A stretch of DNA of 61,750 nt, filler included. It is 5 parts of 5 records of this genome, joined end to end, with 100 filler letters (N's around TTAATTAATTAA, not from the genome) between each part and the next. Parts side by side here need not be neighbours in the genome. Positions count along the whole stretch, not along the records: positions 1 to 10,880 come from SRR31156797_19655; 4 more parts are not named here. One strand, given 5' to 3'. Position numbers and translations under genes: made by a program. This document shows positions 1 through 9,632 of the stretch, piece after piece. The notes under the pieces are model-generated. The model saw only the letters and a list, made by a program, of their open reading frames with translations. It did not search any database and was not told the origin of the DNA. Position 1 is the stretch's first letter; every line of letters starts with the position of its first letter.

Positions 1-1
1 A

Positions 2-79
2 CTGGTCGGCCCGCGCGGCGACGATGCCCGTCTGCTTCGCACCGCACGCTGGCTGGCCGAAAGACTCGCGGAGGAATGA
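2..79 (+). CDS. 3' end of amidase-family protein (partial)
   Basis: Frame 2 reads LVGPRGDDARLLRTARWLAERLAEE*, resembling an amidase-signature C-terminus; its stop overlaps the next ATG (ATGA). Confidence 0.55.
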   Translation: MVGPRGDDARLLRTARWLAERLAEE

Positions 80-360
80 TGAACGAAGAAAAAGAACTGC
101 AAAGAATCAAGGACGCGGTTGCCGGCGAAGGGAGCGACCGCTCTTATTCGCGTAAAATCGTCGTTGTTGTCGCCGCGGTCATTGCTGCCACGATATCGGT
201 GTCCTTTCTCGGGTACCTGGCCATCAAGATCGCAGCACCGCCGTTGCTCGTCATCATATTCGGCGTATTGGGTCTGATGCTCTACGACCTCTACGACACC
301 TTGCGTGGGATGATGACCGCGAACGGCAACAACAACGGCGAAAGCCCGGCCGAAAACTGA
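76..360 (+). CDS. small two-helix membrane protein, hypothetical
   Basis: 94 aa with two hydrophobic stretches, GGAGG RBS, translationally coupled to the upstream gene. Confidence 0.7.
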   Translation: MMNEEKELQRIKDAVAGEGSDRSYSRKIVVVVAAVIAATISVSFLGYLAIKIAAPPLLVIIFGVLGLMLYDLYDTLRGMMTANGNNNGESPAEN

Positions 361-485
361 TCCAGGTTTCTGGGATGGCCCGGGCGCCGGCAGCAACTGC
401 GGCACGCTGAATGCGCGTCATTGGGATAAGATAGGACGGCCGCGCAACAGCGCGGCCGTTAAGCATTTTCCGTTGATGATCTCGA

Positions 486-1304
486 TCAGGCCGGAAGCGG
501 ACCGGAGACCAGTCCACCCAGTTCGCTGGTAATCAGCCAGGCGGCACGACGGACCCGCCCGCCCAGTTCGAGCATGCGCGCATCATTGATACGGGCGGTT
601 GGGCCGAGCACCGAAATGGCGGCAACGGCTTCGCCGCGCTCATCGAAAATCGGCGCCGCCACGCAACGCACGCCGAAGGCATGTTCTTCGTTGTCGAAGG
701 CATAGCCGCTTTCACAAACCTCGCTGAGGATCGTGTGCAGTTCGGCCGGCGACACGATGGTGTTCGGGGTCAGGCGCCGAAGGCCGTGTTTGTGAAGGAT
801 GCGCGAGATTTCGCGTTCCTGCATGGTCGACAGCAGCGCCTTGCCGACCGCCGACCCATGAAGCGGAACCCGCGAACCCGGACGCGAGGAAGCCCGCATC
901 ATCTCGTGACTTTCGACATGGGCCAGGAAAACCGCCTCGCCGTTGGATTCGACCGCCAGGTTGACCGTTTCGCCCGACTCTTCCATCAGTTGCCGCATGA
1001 AAGGCAGGGCCGAACGAATCAAATCCCGGCGCGGCAAGAAAGCACTGCCGACCGTGAAAGCCTGCACGCCGATACACCAACGCCGGCTGGCATTGTCGAA
1101 CTGGACGAAACGGCGCCGCTCCAGCGTCGTCAACAAGCGGTGCGCCGTCGACGGCGGCAGGCCGGCCCGTTGCGACAGATCCGAAAGCGGCAAGCCTTCG
1201 TCGGTTTCGCCGATCTGTTCGAGAAGAGCCAACGCCTTGTCCAGGGACTTGACGTAACCCGCGGTCGGCTGGCCGTTTGCCCGGGCAGTGTATTTTCTTG
1301 CCAT
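486..1304 (-). CDS. IclR-family transcriptional regulator (AllR/BhcR-like)
   Basis: HTH LSDLSQRAGLPPSTAHRLL; IclR effector motifs GETVNLAV, SAVGKALL, EEHAFGVRCVAAPI. Start placed at the MARK ATG, preceded by AAGGA. Divergent from gcl. Confidence 0.92.
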   Translation of the reverse strand: MARKYTARANGQPTAGYVKSLDKALALLEQIGETDEGLPLSDLSQRAGLPPSTAHRLLTTLERRRFVQFDNASRRWCIGVQAFTVGSAFLPRRDLIRSALPFMRQLMEESGETVNLAVESNGEAVFLAHVESHEMMRASSRPGSRVPLHGSAVGKALLSTMQEREISRILHKHGLRRLTPNTIVSPAELHTILSEVCESGYAFDNEEHAFGVRCVAAPIFDERGEAVAAISVLGPTARINDARMLELGGRVRRAAWLITSELGGLVSGPLPA

Positions 1305-1616
1305 TGAGGTTTCCTTTGTACGATCCTGCAATCTTCAGTTTCGATTCCGTTTATTTCTTAGCGGCGGCATTCCTTGGCGGCGCGTTTTTTCGATCGTCCC
1401 GATCAAGGTCTTTTTAATCGCCGCCGGCAGCCTAGGGCCTTGGTATTCCATATTTTTCGTTTTTATCCTGCATTTTGGTATCACACATATCATTGTTTTT
1501 CAACAATTTTTAAGAAGATCACCACATTACGAAATCAAATCCATTTTTATTTGCGTGTTTGGGGGGCTCGATACTAAATAGGATCATTCACATCGACGAC
1601 GGTTCAGGAGGATCCG

Positions 1617-3410
1617 ATGCCAAAGATGACCGCCATGGAAGCAGCCGTCCACGTCCTCAAGAGTGAGGGCGTCGACACCGTATTTGGAATTCCCGGAGCG
1701 GCCATCCTGCCGCTTTACGATGCCATGCGGGGTACCGGCATCAAACATGTTCTGGCCCGCCACGAAGAAGGCGCCAGCCATATGGCCGAAGGCTACAACC
1801 GGGCGTCGGGACAGGTCGGTGTGTGCATGGGCACGTCGGGACCGGCCGGCACCGACATGGTGACCGGGCTCTATTCGGCGCAGGCCGACAGCATCCCCAT
1901 CCTGGTCATTACCGGACAGGCACCGCGGGCCGAACTGCACCGCGAATATTTCCAGGCCGTCGACATCGCCGCCATCACCAAACCGGTGACCAAATGGTCG
2001 GTGACGGTAATGGAGGCGGCGCAGGTGCCGTGGGTCTTCCGCCAGGCCTTCCAGATCATGAAATCGGGTCGTCCGGGTCCGGTCCATATCGACCTGCCGA
2101 TCGACGTTCAGAACGGCGAGATCGAATACGATCCCGAATTCGACGCGCCGCTGGAAATCGACAAGCCGACACCAAACCGGACCGCCGTCAAGCGGGCGCT
2201 GGAAATGATGATGGAAGCCGAGCGGCCGGTCATCATCGCCGGCGGCGGCGTCGTTTCGTCGGACGCCAGCGCCGAATTGCTGAAGTTCGCCGAGTTGATG
2301 AACGTGCCGGTGACCCCGACCCTGATGGGTTGGAGCGCCATTCCCGACGATCATCCGCTGAACACCGGCATGATCGGCACCCAGACCCAGCGCCGATGCG
2401 GCAACGCCAGTTTTCTTGAAAGCGATTTTGTGCTCGGCATCGGCAACCGCTGGGCCAGTCGCCACACCGGCGCCCTCGACTCCTACCGGCGCGGCCGCAA
2501 GTTCGTGCATGTCGACGTCGAACCGACCCAGATCGGCCGCGTCTTCTGTCCGGACCTGGGCATCGTCGGCGACGCCAAGACGACGCTTGAGATGCTCTAT
2601 GAAATCGCCCTTGAAATGGACAGCGCCGGCAAGATCAAGCGCCCCAACGAATGGGTCGCCAGGATCCACGAACGGCGCCGGACCATGCGCCGCCGCACCG
2701 ACTTCGACAATATGCCGATCAAGCCGCAGCGGGTTTTCCACGAAATCAACGAGATCTTCCCGCGCGACACCCGGTTCGTCACCGCCATCGGGCTTTATCA
2801 GATCGCGTCGGCGCAGTTCCAAAAGGTTTATGAACCGCGCAAATACCTGATCTGCGGACAGGCCGGTCCGCTTGGATGGGAAGTGCCGGCCGCCATCGGC
2901 GCCAAGATGGCCGAGCCCGACGTCGAAACTGCGGTGGTCGTCGGCGACTATTCGTTCCAGTTCCTGATCGAGGAACTGGCGGTGGCCGCCCAGTTCAAGG
3001 TGCCGCTGGTCATCATCCTGTTCAACAACGCCTATCTCGGCCTGATCCGCCAGGCCCAGAAGGCCTATGATATGGATTTCCAGATCCAGCTCAGTTTCGA
3101 GAACATCAACTCGACAGAAGCGGACGGCAACAAGGGTTACGGTGTCGATTTCGTCAAGGTCGCCGAAGGCTTCGGCTGCCGCGCCAAACGCATCACCGAT
3201 CCCGAGAATCTGGCCGAGGGCATTCAGTGGGCGCGCGACGAATCGCAAAAGCTGTCGGTGCCGGTGATCATCGAAGTCATCACCGAACGCAAAACCGATA
3301 TGGCGATGGGACCGGCCATCGATCAGATCAAGGAGTTCGACGAAGTCATCGACCTGCCGACCGAGATGGATCTGTCCCTGCCGTTGGAAGAAAACGGCAA
3401 GGCAACCTGA
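1617..3410 (+). CDS. gcl: glyoxylate carboligase (ThDP/FAD)
   Basis: LARHEEGASHMAEGY, GTSGPAGTDMVTGLYSA, GQAGPLGW, GDYSFQFLIEELAV, NNAYLGLIRQAQ; AGGAGG RBS. Confidence 0.93.
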   Translation: MPKMTAMEAAVHVLKSEGVDTVFGIPGAAILPLYDAMRGTGIKHVLARHEEGASHMAEGYNRASGQVGVCMGTSGPAGTDMVTGLYSAQADSIPILVITGQAPRAELHREYFQAVDIAAITKPVTKWSVTVMEAAQVPWVFRQAFQIMKSGRPGPVHIDLPIDVQNGEIEYDPEFDAPLEIDKPTPNRTAVKRALEMMMEAERPVIIAGGGVVSSDASAELLKFAELMNVPVTPTLMGWSAIPDDHPLNTGMIGTQTQRRCGNASFLESDFVLGIGNRWASRHTGALDSYRRGRKFVHVDVEPTQIGRVFCPDLGIVGDAKTTLEMLYEIALEMDSAGKIKRPNEWVARIHERRRTMRRRTDFDNMPIKPQRVFHEINEIFPRDTRFVTAIGLYQIASAQFQKVYEPRKYLICGQAGPLGWEVPAAIGAKMAEPDVETAVVVGDYSFQFLIEELAVAAQFKVPLVIILFNNAYLGLIRQAQKAYDMDFQIQLSFENINSTEADGNKGYGVDFVKVAEGFGCRAKRITDPENLAEGIQWARDESQKLSVPVIIEVITERKTDMAMGPAIDQIKEFDEVIDLPTEMDLSLPLEENGKAT

Positions 3411-3505
3411 CGGCAGCGATCCAAACGAAATTGTCCGGGGGCGCGAAGAACGCGATTATGTCCGCCAGGACATGACCGACGCGACGTTCGATCGCCTTCA
3501 ACGAG

Positions 3506-3535
3506 CGGCGCGGGTTTCGACCCGCGCCGTTTTTT
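3506..3535 (+). terminator. intrinsic terminator after gcl
   Basis: CGGCGCGGGT-TTCG-ACCCGCGCCG followed by a T-run. Confidence 0.8.
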
Positions 3536-3647
3536 CTATTTTCTTCGATCCGCACCCCATGCGAATGGCAGGCGCTCCCCCCATATAATCTTCGACCGAT
3601 CGGCCGTCGGCCTTTCGCCGATCCGATCCGGATTTCGGGGGATTTCG

Positions 3648-5066
3648 ATGCACGTCCATGACGATCTGATTACCCTGTCCGCGATCATTGTGGTGGCGCT
3701 TGTCTGCGGCACAGTTTTCAGCCGCCTGCGCCAACCCGCCCTGGTCGGCTATCTGCTATGCGGTTTTGTGTTGGGGCCTTCCGGTTTCGGCTTGGTCGAA
3801 AGCCGCCAACCGGTAACTTTTCTCGCCGATCTCGGCGTTCTGCTGCTGCTGTTCGTCGTCGGCATGGAATTGAGCCTGCGCAGTTTTCGGGCCGTCCTTG
3901 GGGTCGCGATGACGGCCGCAGCGCTGCAGATCGTGTGTGCCGTCGGCATCATGTGGCTGTTCGCATTCGCGCTCGATTGGCCGGCCGGGGTTGCGGTGCT
4001 GTTGGGTTTTGTCGTGGCGCTGAGCAGCACGGCCGTCGTCGTCAAGATGCTGGAGGAATTGAACCTTCTTCGCACCGAGGTAGGCCAGGTGACGGTTGCG
4101 GTTCTCATCGCCCAGGATCTGGCCATCGTGCCGATGATGCTTTTTCTCAATCTTCTGGCCGGCGACAGCAGCATCGCCGGCGGCATCGTCAAGATCAGCC
4201 TGTCGGTGTTGTTGCTTGCCCTGCTGGTCTGGTTCCTGAGCCGCCGTGAAAAGATTCAGGTGCCGTTCGGCGACCGCCTGGCGGCATCGCCCGAATTGCG
4301 CCCCCTGTTTGCACTCGCCCTTTGCTTCGGCGCCGCCACGCTGACCGGCATGCTTGGGCTGTCGGCCCCTTACGGCGCCTTCCTGGCCGGGCTTCTCATC
4401 GGCAACAGCACCATCCGCCCGGCCTTGTTGCAGGATGCCAAACCGATCGAAAACCTGCTGATGATGGTGTTCTTTCTGTCCATCGGCTTGCTGATCGACC
4501 TCGGCTTCGTATGGGAAAACATCGGCAAGGTCCTGACCATCCTTTTCATCATTACGGTCGTGAAAACGGCCATCAATGTCGGAATTCTCAGACTATTGAA
4601 GGAGACCTGGGCGAACGCCTTTTTGTCCGGCGTGCTGTTGGCACAGATCGGCGAGTTTTCGTTCCTGCTGAGCATCATCGGCCGCGATGTCGGGCTGATC
4701 GATGCCGACGGTCATCAGCTGATCGTCACCGTCACCGCCCTGACCCTGTTGGTGACGCCCCTGTGGCTGACGGCGGCACAGCGCCTGCTGCGCATCTCGG
4801 TCGCCGGCGCCGACACCATCGGCGACATCGCAACCATGTTACGTCACGGCGGCATCAAGGCCGTTTGGCTGTCGGCCCGCGGACGCACACTGCCGACCGG
4901 GCTGGCGTTAAGAAAGTTCGGACGGCCGCGCCGCAAATCCGTTCGCGACGTGCTGGAGACCGAGCCAGTTGCGACAGCGGACGACCCGCCGGTTGAAACC
5001 GGCAATGCTCCGCCCGACGAAACCGGATCGCCAGAATCCGACCAAGACGTCAAGGAGACCCCATGA
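3648..5066 (+). CDS. CPA2-family cation:proton antiporter (Kef-like, no obvious TrkA_N domain)
   Basis: Multi-TM; LSSTAVVVK, AQDLAIVP, GAFLAGL, LAQIGEFSF motifs. Confidence 0.88.
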   Translation: MHVHDDLITLSAIIVVALVCGTVFSRLRQPALVGYLLCGFVLGPSGFGLVESRQPVTFLADLGVLLLLFVVGMELSLRSFRAVLGVAMTAAALQIVCAVGIMWLFAFALDWPAGVAVLLGFVVALSSTAVVVKMLEELNLLRTEVGQVTVAVLIAQDLAIVPMMLFLNLLAGDSSIAGGIVKISLSVLLLALLVWFLSRREKIQVPFGDRLAASPELRPLFALALCFGAATLTGMLGLSAPYGAFLAGLLIGNSTIRPALLQDAKPIENLLMMVFFLSIGLLIDLGFVWENIGKVLTILFIITVVKTAINVGILRLLKETWANAFLSGVLLAQIGEFSFLLSIIGRDVGLIDADGHQLIVTVTALTLLVTPLWLTAAQRLLRISVAGADTIGDIATMLRHGGIKAVWLSARGRTLPTGLALRKFGRPRRKSVRDVLETEPVATADDPPVETGNAPPDETGSPESDQDVKETP

Positions 5067-5800
5067 CCGAGTGGCTGTTCGACCTCGATATCTGGGCCAG
5101 TCTGCTGACGCTGACCGCCCTGGAAATCGTGCTGGGCATCGACAACGTGATCTTCATTTCGGTCGCCGCCGGACGGCTGCCGGCCGAGCAACAGGCCGGC
5201 GCCAGACGCCTGGGGTTGGCCCTCGCCCTGATCGGACGCATCGTGCTGTTGACCAGCCTGGTGTGGATCATCGGACTGACCAAGCCAATCTTCGCGGTGG
5301 GCGATTTCGCGGTTTCCTGGCGCGATGTCATCCTATTCGTCGGCGGCCTGTTCCTGATCGCCAAGGGGACATTGGAAATCCATCACACGGTTGAAGGCGA
5401 GCAGGACCAGGCCCCAAAGGCTTCCCATTCCGGATACGCCGTGGTGATCGGCCAAATCCTGCTGCTCGATATCGTGTTTTCGCTGGATTCGGTGATCACC
5501 GCCGTCGGCATGACCGACAATCTGGCGGTGATGATCGCCGCCGTCGTCATCGCCATTATCGTCATGCTGGTCGCTTCCGGCCCGGTCAGCGACTTCATCC
5601 AAGAACATCCGACATCGAAAATGCTGGCCCTGAGTTTTTTGCTGCTGGTCGGTATGGCCCTGGTCGCCGACGGTCTGCACGTACACATGCCGCGCGGCTA
5701 TTTGTATTTCGCCATCGCGTTCTCGGCCGGTGTCGAGGCGTTGAACCTGTGGGCCGCCAAAAGACGGCAGCGGCGGGCGCAGGCGGATAGCGGCGACTGA
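5063..5800 (+). CDS. TerC-family membrane protein
   Basis: LEIVLGIDNVIFI and DIVFSLDSVITAVG; overlaps the upstream stop (ATGA). Confidence 0.92.
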   Translation: MTEWLFDLDIWASLLTLTALEIVLGIDNVIFISVAAGRLPAEQQAGARRLGLALALIGRIVLLTSLVWIIGLTKPIFAVGDFAVSWRDVILFVGGLFLIAKGTLEIHHTVEGEQDQAPKASHSGYAVVIGQILLLDIVFSLDSVITAVGMTDNLAVMIAAVVIAIIVMLVASGPVSDFIQEHPTSKMLALSFLLLVGMALVADGLHVHMPRGYLYFAIAFSAGVEALNLWAAKRRQRRAQADSGD

Positions 5801-5835
5801 GCCGCCATTCGGGTCATACTTGGGAGTTCGGCCGA

Positions 5836-6879
5836 CTAAGCGCTTTCGCGGGACAGCAGGGTAAAGCCGACGTCGATGCGGGTTTGGGCGACATCCTCGC
5901 CGGCCAGCCGAGCCGTCAGCATTTCGGCAGCGCGGCGGCCGATCTCGGTCCTGGGCGTCTGAATGGTGGTCAGCCGCGGCAGCATTTCGCCGGAAAATTC
6001 AAGCCCGTTGAACCCGGCAATTGCCAACGTTGCGGGAACGTCGATGCCCCGCCGGGTGCATTCCAACAGGGCACCGACGGCCAGGTCATCATTGGCGAAA
6101 AATACGGCATCGAGATCGGGAACGTCGGCCAGAAGCTTGGAAACGGCCTCGCCACCGGCACGGACGGTCGACGGGCCATCTAGGGATACGAATGCGCCCG
6201 GCTCCAAACCGGAATCGCGAAGGGCGGCGGCGAACCCTTCGCCGCGCCGAGCACCGCGCACGTCGCGGTCCATCTGCGGGCTGACATAGGCGATCCGCCG
6301 ATAGCCGCGCGACAGCAGGTATTTTCCCATCTCGCGCCCGGCCGCGACGTGGGAAAGACCGACCGCCATGTCGATGATATCGTCGCCAAGGTCGTTGATC
6401 TCGACGACGGGAATGTTGGCGGTTTCGAGCATGCGCCGGGTACGCTCGCTGTGCTCGAGGCCGGTAATGATGACGCCGTCCGGCGACCAGCTGAGAAAGG
6501 TCGAAACCAGCGCCTCTTCCTGCTCGAACGAATAGCGCGTGTTGCCGAGCAGAATTTGAAGATCTTCGGCCTGCAGCACGTCCGTAATGCCTTCGACGAT
6601 ATCGGGAAAGACGGCGTTGGACAGGGACGGGATGATCACCGGCACCGTTCGCGTCCGCGCCGACGCCAAACCACCGGCCAGGCGGTTGGGAACGTAGCCA
6701 AGTTCGGCGACCGCCGTTTCGATGCGGGAACGGAGCTTTGCAGAAACCGTATCCGGGCTGCGCAAGGCACGCGACACGGTCATGGTGCCGACGCCGGCAC
6801 GTTCGGCAACGTCCTTCGCCGTCACCCGGTTCTTTCGGTTCCGGTTGCGATTGCGTGTTTTCGCCGCGCCGCCATCCAT
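5836..6879 (-). CDS. LacI-family transcriptional regulator (GntR/IdnR-like)
   Basis: VTAKDVAERAGVGTMTVSRAL HTH, LGYVPNRLA hinge, periplasmic-binding-like C-domain. Start uncertain (6879 or 6927). Confidence 0.92.
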   Translation of the reverse strand: MDGGAAKTRNRNRNRKNRVTAKDVAERAGVGTMTVSRALRSPDTVSAKLRSRIETAVAELGYVPNRLAGGLASARTRTVPVIIPSLSNAVFPDIVEGITDVLQAEDLQILLGNTRYSFEQEEALVSTFLSWSPDGVIITGLEHSERTRRMLETANIPVVEINDLGDDIIDMAVGLSHVAAGREMGKYLLSRGYRRIAYVSPQMDRDVRGARRGEGFAAALRDSGLEPGAFVSLDGPSTVRAGGEAVSKLLADVPDLDAVFFANDDLAVGALLECTRRGIDVPATLAIAGFNGLEFSGEMLPRLTTIQTPRTEIGRRAAEMLTARLAGEDVAQTRIDVGFTLLSRESA

Positions 6880-6938
6880 GATCGCCCCCAACCTTCTGTC
6901 CCACCGGATCTTACGAGGACGACCCACGAACTTATGTC

Positions 6939-6950
6939 GATAGCGCTATC
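6939..6950. promoter_or_regulatory. LacI-type operator 1 (GATAGCGCTATC)
   Basis: Perfect 12-bp palindrome with central CG, just upstream of the LacI gene. Confidence 0.8.
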
Positions 6951-7129
6951 CCCCCGGAAACACGCCGTCCGTGGATGCCTCAAAGCACCCGTATCAAAAC
7001 CCTCGCATGATTCGCCCTTGCCATTCAAGACCAACCAAGGCGGCGCACCTTGTTGCCTCATCCCAACCCATTGACGGTCCAGGGCGTTTTTTCGCCCGAG
7101 ACTTATCTATGAAGCCTTGTCAATTTTCT

Positions 7130-7141
7130 GATAGCGCTACC
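7130..7141. promoter_or_regulatory. LacI-type operator 2 (GATAGCGCTACC)
   Basis: 11/12 match to operators 1 and 3. Confidence 0.7.
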
Positions 7142-7232
7142 TAAATGGAAGCCAAAATGACCGAATATCCTCCCCTTGAAGGCGAGATAACTCTTGGTCC
7201 CGGGCAAAGCCTGTGGTAGATTGAGCCATAAA

Positions 7233-7244
7233 GATAGCGCTATC
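7233..7244. promoter_or_regulatory. LacI-type operator 3 (GATAGCGCTATC)
   Basis: Perfect palindrome ~27 bp upstream of the denD-like ATG. Confidence 0.8.
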
Positions 7245-7271
7245 AATAACAAGGGATCAGCGGGAGGAACC

Positions 7272-8255
7272 ATGCGGGTCATCATCACCGGTGCAGCCGG
7301 ATTTCTCGGCAAGAAGCTTGCCGACAAACTGATCGAGAACGGCACCCTGGCCGACGCCAATGGCAAACAACAGGCGATTACCGAACTGGTCCTGTTCGAT
7401 GTCGTCGAAGGAGCGAAGCCGGACGGCGGCGCTATCGCCGTCGAGACCATGACCGGCGACATGACGGACGCCGCCACCCTCGGCAAACTGTTTGCCAAAC
7501 CGGCCGATTCGGTCTTCCACCTGGCCGCCGTCGTCAGCGCCCAGGCCGAAGAGGATTTCGACCTGGGCATGCGGGTGAATTTCGACGGCACCCGGGCCAT
7601 CCTGATGGCCTGCCGGGCCCAGGGCAATTGCCCGCGCTTCGTCATGCCGGCATCGGTTGCGGTCATGGGCGGCGACATGCCCGACGTCATCGAGGACAAC
7701 ACGGGAACGACACCGACCAATTCCTATGGCGCCACAAAGGCGATGTGCGAGATTCTGGTCAACGATTGTTCGCGCAAGGGATTCGTCGACGGCCGCACGG
7801 TGCGCCTGCCGACCATCACGGTGCGCCCCGGCAAACCGAACCGGGCGGCATCGGGCTTCGCCAGCAGCATCATCCGCGAACCCATGCAGGGCGATCAGAT
7901 GACGGTGCCGGTGCCGAAGGATACGGCGCTTTGGATCATGTCGCCGCGCAAGGCCATCGAAACCCTGATCTTCACCCATGACCTGCCGGCCGAGAAGCTG
8001 GGCTCCAGCCGAATGATTACGCCGGTCGGCATCACGGTGACGGTCGCCGATATGGTCGAATCACTGCGCCGTGCCGGCGGCGAGGAAGCGGTGAACCGGA
8101 TCAGCTGGCAGGAAGACCCGGCAATCATGGCCATCGTCTGCGGCTGGCCCGGGCGCTGGGCGTCGACAAGGGCGAAGGCCTTGGGTTTCCCGGCCGACGA
8201 CGGCATGGACGCCATCGTCGAGGCTTTCGTCGAAGACGACATGGTCAAAACCTGA
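7272..8255 (+). CDS. denD: D-erythronate dehydrogenase-like extended SDR
   Basis: TGAAGFLG Rossmann motif, FHLAAVVSAQAEEDFDLG, SYGATK (YxxxK), RLPTITVRPGKPNRAASGFASSIIREP; GGAGG RBS before ATG 7272. Confidence 0.82.
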   Translation: MRVIITGAAGFLGKKLADKLIENGTLADANGKQQAITELVLFDVVEGAKPDGGAIAVETMTGDMTDAATLGKLFAKPADSVFHLAAVVSAQAEEDFDLGMRVNFDGTRAILMACRAQGNCPRFVMPASVAVMGGDMPDVIEDNTGTTPTNSYGATKAMCEILVNDCSRKGFVDGRTVRLPTITVRPGKPNRAASGFASSIIREPMQGDQMTVPVPKDTALWIMSPRKAIETLIFTHDLPAEKLGSSRMITPVGITVTVADMVESLRRAGGEEAVNRISWQEDPAIMAIVCGWPGRWASTRAKALGFPADDGMDAIVEAFVEDDMVKT

Positions 8256-8355
8256 TCCGACGCCCGGATCGGGTATAAGGTCATCAATACGGAAAACAGA
8301 CCGGAGCGGGGCCCGCCCCCGCCTCCGGCGCCCCCAACGATACGGTGGACACCCC

Positions 8356-9624
8356 ATGGCACAGGTCACCATCCCTTTTGACGGCAAACCCCTTCCCTTC
8401 GAGGTTCCCGAGGCCAACCTGATTGAGGTTCTGAGCCCCAGGGAATCGGGCGCGATCGCCGATCTCGACGGCGAAATAAAAAGAGCATTGGAAAATCCCA
8501 TCGGCCAGGAAGCGCTGGAGGATTGGGTCAAGCCGACCGATTCGGTGCTGCTGATCTCGGACGACAATACGCGCCTGACGCCGTCGGATCGTATCATCCC
8601 GCCGTTGCTGGACAGGCTCAATGCCGCCGGGGTGCCGGACGAACAGATCCTGTGCGTCATCGCGTTGGGCACGCATCGCTATATGACCGAGGCCGAACTT
8701 CGCGACAAGGTCGGCGAAGCGGTTTATCGGCGCATCCGCGTCATCAATCACGAATGGAAAGACCCGGATCAACTGGTCGATCTGGGCGTCAGCGAACACG
8801 GAACGCCATTGGTCGTCAACAAGGCGGCCATCGACGCCGACGTCATTATCGGCATCGGCGCCGTCGTACCGCATCACATCCCCGGTTTCTCGGGATCGTC
8901 CAAAATCATCCAGCCCGGCATCTGCGGTTTCGATACGACGGCGGAAACCCACCTGCTGTCCTGTTCGGAACGCGACTCGCTTCTGGGCATTCTCGACAAT
9001 CCGGTCCGCCGGGACCTCGATTCCATGGCCGATCGGGTCGGCATGAAAACCATCTTCAACGTCGTCATGAATTCGGACGGTGGCGTTGTCGGCGCCTTTT
9101 ACGGGGAAATGCGCGCCGCTTTCCTGCAAGCCGTCGAGCTGGCCAGCGATATCTACGGCATCCCCTATCACGAGACGCCCGACATCGTGATCGCCAACTC
9201 GTGCCCGTGCGATCTGGATTTCTGGCAGTCCCACAAATCGCAGTATCCGGCCCAGCGCATGGTCAAGCCGGGCGGCACCATCATCGTCTGCACGCCGGCG
9301 CCGGAAGGCATCAGCCCGGTGCATACGGATCTGCTCGAATACACCTCCTGGCCGGCCGAGGAAATCAAAGCCGGATACCGCAACGGCACCATCAAGGACG
9401 GGGTGGCGACGGCGCTGGCCATGGCCTGGGCGCTGGTCCGCGAGAAGGCCAACGTCATCACCTATTCGCCGGGCATCCCGGCCGACCACAAGGAGAAACT
9501 GGGCCACACCCATGCCCCAACCATCGAATGGGCCTTGGAAGAAGCCTTCCGGCGCCAGGGCCCGGACGCCCGTGTCACGGTGCTGACACACGCCGCCGAT
9601 ATGCTGCCGGTGAAGGACTTTTGA
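8356..9624 (+). CDS. larA: LarA-superfamily nickel-pincer 2-hydroxyacid racemase/epimerase
   Basis: DDNTR, ALGTHR, PHHIPGFSGSSKIIQPG, AETH and DFWQSHK correspond to LarA-family catalytic and cofactor-binding motifs. Substrate is not necessarily lactate. Confidence 0.85.
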   Translation: MAQVTIPFDGKPLPFEVPEANLIEVLSPRESGAIADLDGEIKRALENPIGQEALEDWVKPTDSVLLISDDNTRLTPSDRIIPPLLDRLNAAGVPDEQILCVIALGTHRYMTEAELRDKVGEAVYRRIRVINHEWKDPDQLVDLGVSEHGTPLVVNKAAIDADVIIGIGAVVPHHIPGFSGSSKIIQPGICGFDTTAETHLLSCSERDSLLGILDNPVRRDLDSMADRVGMKTIFNVVMNSDGGVVGAFYGEMRAAFLQAVELASDIYGIPYHETPDIVIANSCPCDLDFWQSHKSQYPAQRMVKPGGTIIVCTPAPEGISPVHTDLLEYTSWPAEEIKAGYRNGTIKDGVATALAMAWALVREKANVITYSPGIPADHKEKLGHTHAPTIEWALEEAFRRQGPDARVTVLTHAADMLPVKDF

Positions 9625-9632
9625 TCGGGCCC

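Noticed and set aside
1584-9591. Long antisense ORFs (e.g. 1584-3248, 8284-9591, 7257-7979)
   Set aside because: Mirror frames of well-supported genes, expected from high-GC codon bias; no family motifs.
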